From: Acidimicrobiia bacterium | GTDB lineage: Bacteria > Actinomycetota > Acidimicrobiia > IMCC26256 > JAENVU01 | Length of the DNA stretch: 64,000 nt | Direction of reading: 5' to 3' | Assembly: GCA_038252255.1 (NCBI GenBank) | Contig: JBBSAM010000021.1 | Span: 10,293 to 74,292 of the forward strand | Shown: in pieces, positions 28,123 through 40,092 of the stretch | Layout of the letters: the number at the start of each line of letters is the position of its first letter | How positions within the stretch are numbered: position 1 is the stretch's first letter | Program-made: the position numbers and the translations under genes | The notes under the pieces: generated by a model | Seen by the model: only the letters and a program-made list of their open reading frames with translations | Databases searched by the model: none | Told to the model about the DNA's origin: nothing

Positions 28123-29019
28123 ATGAGTGAAGAAGCGACGCCCCTCCGTCTGCTCTCCGTTCACGCCCACCCCGACGACGAAGCCTCGAAGGGTGCCGCG
28201 ACGGTCGCGAAGTACGCCGCCGAGAACATCGGTGGGGTGCTCGTGTGCTGCACCGGCGGGGAAGAGGGCGAGATCCTGAACCCGGCGGCCGACACGTCGG
28301 AGACGCGCGCCAACCTCCATGAGGTCCGGATGCAGGAGCTGCGCGACAGCGTCGATGCGATCGGCTACGAGAAGCTCTACATGCTCGGGTACCGCGACTC
28401 GGGCATGAAGGACAGCGAGGCCAACGCGAATCCGGAGAACTTCCAGAACGCGCCGCTCGACGAGGCGGTGGAGCGACTGGTGAAGATCATCCGCGCCGAG
28501 CGTCCGCAGGTGATCATCACGTATGGGGACGACAGCAAGTTCTACCCGCACCCCGACCACGTCCGTGTGCACGAGATCTCCGGGCCCGCGTTCGACGCGG
28601 CCGGTGATCCGAACGCCTTCCCCGACGCGGGGGAGCCGTGGCAGCCGTTGAAGATGTACTACACGGGGTGGTCGCCCCGGCGCATCCGTGCGCTGAATGA
28701 CGCGTTCATCGCGCGCGGCGAGGAGAGCCCGTACGCGCGGTGGTTCGAGCGGGAGGAATTCGACGACACGCTCGACGAGCGCTTCACGACGTTCGTCGAC
28801 GTCGGCGAGTTCCTGCACAAGCGCCGTGAGGCACTGCTCGCGCACCGCACCCAGGTCGACCCGACCGGGTTCTGGATGCGCCTACCGGACGACGTGGTGC
28901 GCGAGATCTTCCCGTGGGAGGAGTTCGTGCTCGCGCGTTCGCTGGTCGACACGGGCGTGGCGGAGGGCGACGCAGAGGACGACCTCTTCGCCGGTCTCCG
29001 GTCGCCGGCCCGTACCTGA
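28123..29019 (+). CDS. mca: Mycothiol S-conjugate amidase
   Basis: VHAHPDDEASKG, CTGGEEG, LGYRDSG, YPHPDH, AHRTQVDP. Confidence 0.9.
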   Translation: MSEEATPLRLLSVHAHPDDEASKGAATVAKYAAENIGGVLVCCTGGEEGEILNPAADTSETRANLHEVRMQELRDSVDAIGYEKLYMLGYRDSGMKDSEANANPENFQNAPLDEAVERLVKIIRAERPQVIITYGDDSKFYPHPDHVRVHEISGPAFDAAGDPNAFPDAGEPWQPLKMYYTGWSPRRIRALNDAFIARGEESPYARWFEREEFDDTLDERFTTFVDVGEFLHKRREALLAHRTQVDPTGFWMRLPDDVVREIFPWEEFVLARSLVDTGVAEGDAEDDLFAGLRSPART

Positions 29020-29044
29020 GGTTCGTCAAGCACGAGGGGGATGC

Positions 29045-29431
29045 ATGTCGAAGTACCTGAGCCAGGAGTGGATGGACGAGACGCGCGTGCTCGCCGAGGG
29101 TCAGCCGGAGCGCGCCGGGGCGTCGGCGCGGATGCAGTACCTCGTCACCGGCGGCCCGGACGGCGACATCAAGTACTACTGGATCCTGGAGGCCGGCAAG
29201 CTGCTCGAGAGCTCGCTCGGTGACGCACCGGACCCGGACTTCACGATGACGTTGACCTACGACGACTCCGTGAAGGTGCAGAAGGGCGAGCTCGATGCCA
29301 ACGCCGCGTTCATGCAGGGCCGGATGAAGGTCGCGGGGAACATGGCGAAGCTCATGCAGCTCATGCCGCTCACCAACTCCCCCGAATACAAGGCCCTCCA
29401 AGAGGAGATCCGCAAGGTCACCGACTTCTAG
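29045..29431 (+). CDS. SCP2 sterol-binding domain protein
   Basis: YLSQEW, GELDANAAFMQGRMKVAGNM. Confidence 0.9.
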   Translation: MSKYLSQEWMDETRVLAEGQPERAGASARMQYLVTGGPDGDIKYYWILEAGKLLESSLGDAPDPDFTMTLTYDDSVKVQKGELDANAAFMQGRMKVAGNMAKLMQLMPLTNSPEYKALQEEIRKVTDF

Positions 29432-29464
29432 CCCCACCCCCTTCCCCCGCGCTTCCCCCAATAC

Positions 29465-29523
29465 CCGTCCCTCCGTCTGTGCGATCTGGGTCCCTGGAGG
29501 ACCCTTTCGGTGCAAACGGAGGG
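29465..29523. repeat. REP-like palindrome, left copy flanking DUF559 gene
   Basis: 59 bp, outer arms CCCTCCGT..ACGGAGGG, inner GGGTCC/GGACCC; 48/59 identical to 30426..30484. Confidence 0.85.
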
Positions 29524-29551
29524 GCGTTTGCGGATGCTCGGAGGGCGAGTC

Positions 29552-30448
29552 ATGCACGTGGATGTCATCGTGGGAGAGATCGCGGTCTTACAGCTCGGGC
29601 TCATCACCCGGAGGCAGGCGATCGAAGCTGGGGTCACCGACAACCAGATCAAGAAGCGGGTGCGGGCGGGGAGGTGGCGGCGGGCGCGCACTGGAGTCTT
29701 CGCAGTCGCAGGGGCACCGAGGACCTGGGAGCAAGGGGTGCTGGCGGCGGTGCTGCGGGCGGGTGACGGGGCCGTCGCGTCGCACTCATGTGCCGCTGTG
29801 CTGCACAGCTTTCCTGATTCCGTCCGCGAGCTCCCGGAGGTGACCGCGCCGCCGGGGCGGCACCCGCGGATCCCCGGCGTGCGGGTGCACCGACCCGCGT
29901 TGCTACCTGAGCACGACGTGCGCGTGATCGGCGGGATCCCGGTGACGTCGTTCGCGCGGACGCTCGTCGACTGCACCGGTCACTGGTCGTTGGGCCAGAT
30001 CGCTCGCGCCCTCGACTCCGGGCTCGTTCGGAACGTCGTGACGTTGTGGTCCGTGGAACGCTCGCTCACTGCGCTCGGTCAGGCCCCGGGTCGGCACCCG
30101 TCGAAGCTCTGGACGCTGCTCGCCGAACGCGGGACCGAACCGATCGAGTCTGAAAGCCGACCCGAGATACGAATGTTGCGCGTCCTGAGGGACGGCGGGC
30201 TCGCGGCGCCGACCCAGCAGCACTGGGTCAGGTTCGGGAAGGACAGATTCCGGCTCGATCTCGCGTATCCCCGAGCCAAGCTGGCAATCGAGTACGACGG
30301 CTGGGACACGCACCGGACCCGGAGCGCGTTCGACGCGGACCGTCGCCGCGATCGCATCCTGGCGCTCAACGGGTGGGTGGTCCTGCGGCTGACGTCGAAG
30401 ACATCCGACGCCGAGATCGTCCAATCCGTCCGTCCGTTTGTGCGATAA
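29552..30448 (+). CDS. AbiEi-type HTH + DUF559 (Vsr-like PD-(D/E)XK) endonuclease
   Basis: N-terminal QLGLITRRQA..G..GVF; ES..E; RLDLAYP..LAIEYDG..H..DRRRD...GWVVLR; RBS GGAGG. Confidence 0.9.
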   Translation: MHVDVIVGEIAVLQLGLITRRQAIEAGVTDNQIKKRVRAGRWRRARTGVFAVAGAPRTWEQGVLAAVLRAGDGAVASHSCAAVLHSFPDSVRELPEVTAPPGRHPRIPGVRVHRPALLPEHDVRVIGGIPVTSFARTLVDCTGHWSLGQIARALDSGLVRNVVTLWSVERSLTALGQAPGRHPSKLWTLLAERGTEPIESESRPEIRMLRVLRDGGLAAPTQQHWVRFGKDRFRLDLAYPRAKLAIEYDGWDTHRTRSAFDADRRRDRILALNGWVVLRLTSKTSDAEIVQSVRPFVR

Positions 30449-30484
30449 GGGTTCCCAGGGGACCGTTTCGGCACAAACGGAGGG
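30426..30484. repeat. REP-like palindrome, right copy; contains the DUF559 stop codon
   Basis: 11-bp perfect arms TCCGTTTGTGC/GCACAAACGGA, 27-nt spacer. Confidence 0.85.
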
Positions 30485-30492
30485 TGGGTGGG

Positions 30493-31326
30493 TCAGGTGG
30501 TGGCGCGCTGGAGGTCCCGCAGCTCGCGATAGGAGACGAGCGTCGCGCCCGCCCGGTCCACCAGGTCCCGCAACGACGGGTCGGTGCAGAGCGCCGCGTG
30601 GTCCTCGACCCGGCCGGCCCAGTCCGGATGCGATGCGCGGAGCTCGTCGGTGTCGACGGCGGGATGGAAGTACACCTCGGTGACGCCGGGGCGCAGGTCG
30701 TACAGCGTGCGCTCGACCGCCCGCCGCGAGCCGACGCCCGTGTAGACCATGTGGTCGGTGAACACGACACCCTCTTCACGGGCCAGGCGGCGGAACGGGA
30801 AGCCGACCCGGGCCTCCGTGCTCCCACCGGCCATGCGCAGCGGCAGCTGGAAGTCGACGGCGAGCTCGAGGTACACGTCGAAGAACTCGGGCCGGAGCTG
30901 CATCGTGCCCATGTGACTGTCGAGATGGCTGACGTCGAAGCCCCAGAAGATCGCCCGCTCTATCTGCGCCCTGCACTCCTTGCGCACCTCTTCGAGGTCG
31001 GCGTGGTCCCAGACGTCCTCGATCGTGCGGGGGAAGCCACCGTCGCCGTCGAGCAGGCTGGGGGAATGGGTGATCGGGCCCCAGCGGTACGTCTCCCACT
31101 CGGCGTTCAGCGTCAGGTGGACCCCGACGTCCTCGCCCCGGTACTGCGCCGCGGCGTCCCGGGCCCACGGGCACGGGACCATCAGGGTCGCGCTGGTGGC
31201 GACGCCCTGGCGCAATGCCTCGTACACCGCGACGTTGGCGGAGCGGGAGGACCCGAGATCGTCGCAGTTGACGATCAGGAGCTTGGCGTCGTCCGGGTAC
31301 CCGAGCCGCTCGGCGAGTGAGGTCAC
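30493..31326 (-). CDS. YdjC/ChbG-family carbohydrate deacetylase
   Basis: NCDDLG, GVHLTL, HLDSHMG, YFHP. Confidence 0.9.
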   Translation of the reverse strand: MTSLAERLGYPDDAKLLIVNCDDLGSSRSANVAVYEALRQGVATSATLMVPCPWARDAAAQYRGEDVGVHLTLNAEWETYRWGPITHSPSLLDGDGGFPRTIEDVWDHADLEEVRKECRAQIERAIFWGFDVSHLDSHMGTMQLRPEFFDVYLELAVDFQLPLRMAGGSTEARVGFPFRRLAREEGVVFTDHMVYTGVGSRRAVERTLYDLRPGVTEVYFHPAVDTDELRASHPDWAGRVEDHAALCTDPSLRDLVDRAGATLVSYRELRDLQRATT

Positions 31327-31380
31327 GGCGAGCAGGCTACCGGTCCGCGTGGCGGAGCAGCCGCAGCGGGCGGCCGGCCG

Positions 31381-33036
31381 TTACGCCGCGGCGGGCCGTG
31401 CGCGCGCCACGATCGATTCGGAGTCGGCGCCCGCCGGCAGGGCGCCGTAGGCCGCGGACCGCACGTCGGGATCGAGTCGTGAAGCGCAGAACGCGTCGGC
31501 GACGGCCGCGCTACCCGAGCGGATGAGCAGCGACGCCTGCAGCGCGAGCGCCATCGCCTCGACGATGCGACGGGCGCGCGCCTCGAGATCATCGGAGTCA
31601 GCCAAGATCGTGTCGAGTCGCAGGCAGTGCGCGTCGAAGTGTCGATCCGAACCTCGAGCCGCGAGCACCTCCTCGCGGAACGCGTCGACCGAATCCGGCT
31701 CCCGGCCCATCGCCCGGAGAGCGTCGAGGCAGATCACGTTGCCAGAGCCTTCCCAGATCCCGTTCAGCGGCGACTCACGGAACAGCCGCGGCAGGATCGA
31801 CTCCTCCACGTAGCCGTTGCCGCCGAGGCACTCGAGCGCCTCCGCGGCCAGCCCCGGGTGCCGCTTGCACACCCAGTACTTCCCGACCGCGGTGGCGAGC
31901 CGGGCGAACGCGACCTCGTGCGGGTCCGTGTCCGGGCGATCCGTGGCGTCATAGGCCGCGGCGAGCCGGATGGCCAGCGTCGTCGCGGCCTCGCTCTCCA
32001 CTGCGAGGTCCGCGAGCACGTTGCGCATCAGCGGCTGGTCGATCAGCAGGCGCCCGAACGCGTACCGGTGCGCGGCGTGATGCGTGGCCTGGGCGACGGC
32101 CTGGCGCATCCCGGACGCTGCGCCGAGCACGCAGTCGAGGCGAGTGTGGTTCACCATCCGGATGATCGTGGGGACGCCCCGGCCCTCGTCGCCGACCAGC
32201 CATCCGTCCGCGGCATCGAGCTCGATCTCGCTCGACGCGTTCGAACGGTTCCCGAGCTTGTCCTTGAGCCGCTGGATCGCGATCCCGTTGATCGTGCCGT
32301 CGTCACGACGCCGCGGCACGAAGAAGCAGGACAGCCCGGTCGGGGCCTGCGCCAGCATCAGGAAGGCGTCGCTCATCGGCGCGGAGCAGAACCACTTGTG
32401 CCCGGTGAGCCGGTACGGCTGGCCCGACCCGGTGCCGTTCACCGGAACTGCCGATGTCGTGTTCGCTCGGACGTCCGACCCGCCCTGCTTCTCCGTCATC
32501 GCCATCCCGGCGATCGCCGCCTGCTTCTGCGACGCGGGAATCGGGCGGGGGTCGTAGCTCGGGTTCGTGAGGCGCGACTCCCAGCTCGACGCGATGGTCG
32601 GCTCGGCGCGCAGTGCCGGGACGATGGCGTACGTCATCGAGATGGGGCATCCGTGACCGGCGTCGACCTGGCTCCACACCATGAACCCGGCTGCCCGGGC
32701 CACGTGGCCGCCGGGCCGGGACTCGCGCCACGGTCCACCGTGCAGCCCGTGTTCGCGCGCGACCCGTATGAGCTCGTGGTACGCGGGGTGATACTCGATC
32801 GTGTCGACGCGATTGCCGAAGCGATCGTGCGTGTGCAGCTCCGGTGGATGCTCGTTCGCCTCGAAGCCCCAACGAATGCTCTCCGGTGAGCCGGCGAGCA
32901 TCCCGAGCTCATGGAGCTGGCCGACCGCCCAACCCGCCCCGTGCCGCGGCACCGCTTCGGCGAGCGCCATGTCCGCGCCGAACACGTCGTACTCCTCGAG
33001 CGGCGGCGGCTGGTTGAGGACTTGGTGGGTCGGCAT
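31381..33036 (-). CDS. AidB-like acyl-CoA dehydrogenase
   Basis: THQVLNQPPPL, CPISMT, MTEKQGGSDV, GHKWFCSAPMSD, IWEGSGNV. Confidence 0.92.
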   Translation of the reverse strand: MPTHQVLNQPPPLEEYDVFGADMALAEAVPRHGAGWAVGQLHELGMLAGSPESIRWGFEANEHPPELHTHDRFGNRVDTIEYHPAYHELIRVAREHGLHGGPWRESRPGGHVARAAGFMVWSQVDAGHGCPISMTYAIVPALRAEPTIASSWESRLTNPSYDPRPIPASQKQAAIAGMAMTEKQGGSDVRANTTSAVPVNGTGSGQPYRLTGHKWFCSAPMSDAFLMLAQAPTGLSCFFVPRRRDDGTINGIAIQRLKDKLGNRSNASSEIELDAADGWLVGDEGRGVPTIIRMVNHTRLDCVLGAASGMRQAVAQATHHAAHRYAFGRLLIDQPLMRNVLADLAVESEAATTLAIRLAAAYDATDRPDTDPHEVAFARLATAVGKYWVCKRHPGLAAEALECLGGNGYVEESILPRLFRESPLNGIWEGSGNVICLDALRAMGREPDSVDAFREEVLAARGSDRHFDAHCLRLDTILADSDDLEARARRIVEAMALALQASLLIRSGSAAVADAFCASRLDPDVRSAAYGALPAGADSESIVARARPAAA

Positions 33037-33045
33037 GGAACGGCG

Positions 33046-35348
<2,303 letters not shown>

Positions 35349-35400
35349 GGTGCCGACGCTACCGCCGCGACCCGGACCGCGGCGGGTAGGTTGACCACCG

Positions 35401-35751
35401 ATGGTGGAGCTCACGTTCGTCGACGATGAGGGTGAGCGGGTCGAGCTCGACGCGGACGAGTCGGCGACCCTGCTCGAGATCACCGGCGGGCTCGACGCGG
35501 CGACGGTTTCCGCCTGCCCGGAGTGCCGGAGCCGGGTGGTCGCCGTCGTCGCCTTGATCGACCTGCTTGGCGCGGCGCCGCCGCACCCGCGCGCCGGTGA
35601 GCTCGCCGGACTCGCCGACGATGCCCCGACACTGCATCTCTACGTCATCGATGGAACCGCGCGCTGCGATCATCGAGCATGGCTCGATCCGGGCCACGAG
35701 GAATGGCTCGACGCCGTCTCGCCGGCCGGTCCGCCGCCGCGCCGGCCCTGA
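35401..35751 (+). CDS. Hypothetical protein with CxxC and CxH
   Basis: 116 aa; ACPEC, RCDH, WLDPG; TAGGTT 8 nt upstream of ATG. Confidence 0.6.
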   Translation: MVELTFVDDEGERVELDADESATLLEITGGLDAATVSACPECRSRVVAVVALIDLLGAAPPHPRAGELAGLADDAPTLHLYVIDGTARCDHRAWLDPGHEEWLDAVSPAGPPPRRP

Positions 35752-35794
35752 AGCCGCGCCGGCTCACCGGTCGCGTGCGTGACGCCGGGCGGCG

Positions 35795-36493
35795 CTAGCC
35801 GCTGACCTCGAATCGGGCCATGTCCGCGTCGAGACTCGTGCGCAGCTGTTCGGCCAGCGCGCCGCGGATGGTGGTGCGAGTCATTGCGAAGGGGCCGGGA
35901 TGCACGGTCTCGGCGAGCTGTGCGGCAACCGCACGCGCACGGTCGGCGACCTCCGGAAGTGGAACGACCTCGTCGAGGAACCCCGCGGCGACGGCCTCTT
36001 CAGGTGAGCACATGTGCGCATGCTGCACGCACCGGGTGAACCAGGCCTTGGCCAACCGGTCGCGGCAGAGCTCGACGCCGAAGGTCGGTACCGGCATCCC
36101 GATCGCCACTTCGTTGAGCCCGATCTTGTAGCTCCCCTCGGCACCGATCCGGTAGTCCGCCGTCGTGGTGAGAATGCCGCCCATCGCCAGTGCGTGGCCA
36201 GTCACGCCGAGCACGACCGGGGTCGCGTACATGTAGATGCGCAGACCGAGCGCCGCTCCGCCGGCCAGCAGCCGGCGCGCGCCGTCGGCGTCGCCCGTCA
36301 TGACGCTGAGATCGAAGCCGGCCGAGAACTTGCCGTCCCGACCGATGAGCGCGACGGCCGAAGCGGACTCAGCCTCGGTCAACGCTTCGTTGAGCGCGTC
36401 GATGACTGCGAAGGACAGCGCGTTCGCCTTGCCGTCGTCGAGGGTGATGACGGCTACCGCGCCGTCACGCACGAGAGTTACGGGGTCAGCCAT
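35795..36493 (-). CDS. Crotonase/enoyl-CoA hydratase family
   Basis: LDDGKANAL, FSAGFDL, GHALAMG, GLNEVAIG. Confidence 0.92.
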   Translation of the reverse strand: MADPVTLVRDGAVAVITLDDGKANALSFAVIDALNEALTEAESASAVALIGRDGKFSAGFDLSVMTGDADGARRLLAGGAALGLRIYMYATPVVLGVTGHALAMGGILTTTADYRIGAEGSYKIGLNEVAIGMPVPTFGVELCRDRLAKAWFTRCVQHAHMCSPEEAVAAGFLDEVVPLPEVADRARAVAAQLAETVHPGPFAMTRTTIRGALAEQLRTSLDADMARFEVSG

Positions 36494-36581
36494 GCGCGCA
36501 CGGTACCGGTCCCGTCGGGTTGGCGTCGATGCGCGCCGAAATGCCGGGAGCGGGAGTCCGCGGCTGGGCCAGACTCTGGCG

Positions 36582-37250
36582 ATGGACGAGCAGACGCACC
36601 AGCCGGCCAGCGACCGGGTGACACTCCGACGTCGGAACCAACGCGCCGAATACGACCCGGCCGTGGTGCGGGCGATCCTCGACGCGGGCGTCGTGGCGCA
36701 CGTCGGGGTGCAGACCGATGAGGGCCCCATCGTGTTGCCGATGGCGTACGGGCGGACCGACGACACGATCTACCTTCACGGTTCGGCCGCCAACTCGATG
36801 TTGCGCGCCGCCCGGCGAACAGAGATCTGTGTGACGGTCACCTTGGTCGATGGTCTCGTGTTCGCGCGCTCGGCCTTTCACAACTCGATGAACTACCGGT
36901 CGGTCGTGATCCGCGGTGAGGCGAGACCCGTCGACGATCTCGAGGAGCACGGCGACGCGCTTCGGATCATCACCGATCATGTGGTGGCCAACTGGGACGA
37001 CAGCCGCACACCGACTACGGCCGAGATCCGCCAGACGATGGTGGTCGCGCTCCCGCTCACCGAGTCGTCGGCGAAGGTGAGATCCGGCGATCCCGTCGAC
37101 GAGCTGCACGACCTGGACGGACCGCACTGGGCGGGAACCGTCACCGTGCGCCGGGCGTTCGGGCCACCCGTGGCGGCCGCGAATCTCGTTGCCGGAATCG
37201 GCGTGCCGGCCGAGATCGCCCGCGTGTTCGGTGAGCCCGGCTCGCCCTGA
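36582..37250 (+). CDS. Pyridoxamine 5'-phosphate oxidase / NimA-like flavin-binding protein
   Basis: YLHGS, DGLVFARSAFHNSMNYRSVV, SAKVRSG, WAG. Confidence 0.9.
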   Translation: MDEQTHQPASDRVTLRRRNQRAEYDPAVVRAILDAGVVAHVGVQTDEGPIVLPMAYGRTDDTIYLHGSAANSMLRAARRTEICVTVTLVDGLVFARSAFHNSMNYRSVVIRGEARPVDDLEEHGDALRIITDHVVANWDDSRTPTTAEIRQTMVVALPLTESSAKVRSGDPVDELHDLDGPHWAGTVTVRRAFGPPVAAANLVAGIGVPAEIARVFGEPGSP

Positions 37251-37284
37251 GCCTCGCGGCGCGTCCTGCATTACGTTCCCGGCG

Positions 37285-38643
37285 ATGACCATCGAGGACG
37301 AGCTCGCGTCCGCATTGCGCAAAGCGGCCGGGGAGCATCACGTCCCGGGCGCGGTCGCCGGGCTGCTGGTGGGAAGCGAGAGCTACTCCGCCGCGCACGG
37401 TGTGACGAACGTCGAGTTCCCCGCCCCGGTGACACCGGCGTCGATGTCCCAGGTGGCTTCGATCACGAAGACCTTCACGTCGGCCGCGGCGATGCTGCTG
37501 GTCCAAGAGGGTCGTTTGCGCCTGGACGACCCGGTCGCCCGACATCTTCCCGACCTCGGCCCGGCCACAGGCCTGGATCTCGACACCATCACCGTCGAGC
37601 ACGTGCTCAGCCATCAGGCCGGCTTCGACGGCGACTACCTGTTCGTCGAGGGGATCACCGACGACCTCACCGCGCTGCGGCACGCCCGCCGGCTGTTCGC
37701 CCCGGGCGAGGACTACTCGTACAACAACGCGGCCTTCTCGATCGGTGGCGCGCTGATCGCGGCGGTGAGCCACCAGAGCTTCGAGTCGTTCGTCCGCGAG
37801 CGGCTCCTCGTTCCGCTCGGGATGACCGCAGCGACGTTCACCGCGGACGAAGCCATCACCTACTCCGTGATGTCGCCGCATGTCGTGTTGGAGGAGACGC
37901 CGTACGTGATCCGCGGCGCGGGTTGGCAGCCGGGTTGGGAGCTCTCACCCGTCGACCGTGCGGCCGGCGGCCTGATTGCATCGGTCGAGCACCTGCTGGC
38001 GTGGTGCCGCTTCCAGCGCACGGGCACCGCGCTCGACGGCACCGTGATCCTGACCCGCGAGAGTCTCGATCGACTGCACGCCCCCGTGGTGGCCGCGGAC
38101 CTCACCGAAGCCGTCGCCCTCGATTGGTCCGTGCTCGATCACGACGGGGTGACGTCCATCGGGCACGGCGGCGTCACGGTCGGGTACATCAGCGATCTTG
38201 TCGTCGTTCCGGAACGCGAGCTCGCGTTCGTCGGGCTCACCAACGCCACGAACGGCGCCTCGGTGAACCAAGCCGTACGCCGCTGGGCGCTCGAGCGCTT
38301 CGCCGGCGTCATCGAGCGCGATCCCGCGCCGGACCCGTCACTGGTGATCGATCCGGCGCGCTTCGCCGGTCGTTACCTCTACCCGTTCGCGGTTCTCGCG
38401 GTGACGCCCGGTCCCGATCCCGGCACGATCACGGTGACCGCGTCGCCGCGTGACGACACCGACGGCTGGAAGCCACCCCCGGACCCTCCGATGACGATGG
38501 CCTTCTTCGCCGACGACCACGCGGTCACGCTCGACGCGCCCGGACCCGCACGGGTCGCCCGGTTCGGCGGGGCGGACGAAGGCGACGACGCTCGGATGGC
38601 GTGGATGGTCTGGAGCGGCCGGCGCAGCCCCCGCATCGACTGA
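37285..38643 (+). CDS. Serine hydrolase (beta-lactamase family)
   Basis: ASITK SxxK, LSHQAG, YSYNN, GHGG. Confidence 0.9.
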   Translation: MTIEDELASALRKAAGEHHVPGAVAGLLVGSESYSAAHGVTNVEFPAPVTPASMSQVASITKTFTSAAAMLLVQEGRLRLDDPVARHLPDLGPATGLDLDTITVEHVLSHQAGFDGDYLFVEGITDDLTALRHARRLFAPGEDYSYNNAAFSIGGALIAAVSHQSFESFVRERLLVPLGMTAATFTADEAITYSVMSPHVVLEETPYVIRGAGWQPGWELSPVDRAAGGLIASVEHLLAWCRFQRTGTALDGTVILTRESLDRLHAPVVAADLTEAVALDWSVLDHDGVTSIGHGGVTVGYISDLVVVPERELAFVGLTNATNGASVNQAVRRWALERFAGVIERDPAPDPSLVIDPARFAGRYLYPFAVLAVTPGPDPGTITVTASPRDDTDGWKPPPDPPMTMAFFADDHAVTLDAPGPARVARFGGADEGDDARMAWMVWSGRRSPRID

Positions 38644-38657
38644 AGGCCCCGTGAAGC

Positions 38658-40076
38658 TCAGACGCCGGCGGCGAGCAACGCGTCGAACGACTCACCAAGG
38701 CAGTCCACGAACGCGTCGGGGTCCGTGATGGCCGTGGGATCCGAATGGATGCCGAAGCAGAGCTCCCCGCAGTAGGACAGCGCGGTCACGTTGATCGCGC
38801 AGCCGCTGCGTGGCCCCATCGGATAGTTGGCCACGATGCCGGCGCCGCCGAGATACAGCTCGATCGGGCTGCCCCTCAGGTTCGACGTCGCGAAGTCCGT
38901 GGTGCGGGTCTGGCTGCGGAGGAGGCCGACGATCACCGAGGTGGGCAGCCCGGCGGCCAGCGCGGCAAAGCCGTCGGCGGCCGAGAGCGCGGGCTCGTGG
39001 CGGAGGTTCGTGATGCGGTCCCGTACCTGGCGGAACCGCGCTGCCGGCTCCTTGGGCGTGATCGGCACGATCACCCGCGTCGGCACGAATTGGTTGCCCT
39101 CGGCGTTGTCGCCGGTGCGGGTGCTGACGGCCATCGCCATCCGCAGGTCCTCGACGGGGGTGCCGAGCCGGTCGTGGTACAGCCCGAGCGCGCCGGTGAC
39201 CCCGGTGACGAAGACGTCGTTGATGCTTCCACCGAGCGCGTGGGCAGCCGAGCGGCATTCTTCGAGGCTCACGGCGAACACGTCGTAGCGGCGCCCGAGC
39301 GACCGTGTCGCGAGCAGTGGTGAGCGCGGGCCTCCACCGACGAGCACCTGGCGGCGCAGCGAGGCCACGAGACCCATCGCTTCGTGCATCCGGCGGGGCG
39401 CGGCCGTGGGATGGAGCGCGATGTCCGCACCCGCGGCGATGCCGCGCCGGGCGAGATCGACGTTTCGGGTGAACGCGTAGTCCATCGCGCCCCGCAACAC
39501 GCCGAGCGGGGAGTCGCGAGACAACGGATCTTCCAGCACCTCGTGCAGGTGGCGGCCGCGCTCTTCTTCGTCGATCGCGCGCACGGTGTCGTGGGTCGTC
39601 GGCTCGGGGTCGCGCTCGAAGTCCACGAGGCTGAGTGACAGCTTGAGCCCGCCGACCCCGTCCGTCACGGTGTGGTGCACCCGCTGCAGCAACGCGGCCC
39701 GCCCGCCCTCCATCCCTTCGATGACGGTGAACTCCCAGAGGGGCCGGGAGCGGTCGAGCGGGGGAGCGGAGATCGCCGCGGCGAGGTCCAGCAGGTCGCG
39801 CAACGTCCCCGGCTCCGGCAACGCGACCCGGCGCAGGTGGTAGGCGAGGTCGAGGGTGGGGTCCGGCCGCCACTCCGGCGGCGCCAGGCGCAACGGCGGT
39901 GAGACGACCCGCTCGGCCAGGCGGGGGAGCGACACGAGGGCCTGCTCGACCTTGTCCCGGAGGCGGTCGACGTCCGGCACCGCGTCGAGCAGCGTCAGGT
40001 TCGAGAAGTCCGAGCGGAGGGCCGGATCCTTCTCGGCCGCCCACATGATCGCCTCGCTCGGCGACATCCGGGCCAT
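38658..40076 (-). CDS. Wax ester synthase / diacylglycerol acyltransferase
   Basis: LDRSRPLW, catalytic HHTVTDG, SINDV, SN. Confidence 0.92.
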   Translation of the reverse strand: MARMSPSEAIMWAAEKDPALRSDFSNLTLLDAVPDVDRLRDKVEQALVSLPRLAERVVSPPLRLAPPEWRPDPTLDLAYHLRRVALPEPGTLRDLLDLAAAISAPPLDRSRPLWEFTVIEGMEGGRAALLQRVHHTVTDGVGGLKLSLSLVDFERDPEPTTHDTVRAIDEEERGRHLHEVLEDPLSRDSPLGVLRGAMDYAFTRNVDLARRGIAAGADIALHPTAAPRRMHEAMGLVASLRRQVLVGGGPRSPLLATRSLGRRYDVFAVSLEECRSAAHALGGSINDVFVTGVTGALGLYHDRLGTPVEDLRMAMAVSTRTGDNAEGNQFVPTRVIVPITPKEPAARFRQVRDRITNLRHEPALSAADGFAALAAGLPTSVIVGLLRSQTRTTDFATSNLRGSPIELYLGGAGIVANYPMGPRSGCAINVTALSYCGELCFGIHSDPTAITDPDAFVDCLGESFDALLAAGV

Positions 40077-40092
40077 CAGCGGAGCCTCCTGG

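Noticed and set aside
29552-30448. Type IV (AbiE) toxin-antitoxin system
   Set aside because: No AbiEii nucleotidyltransferase partner is adjacent.
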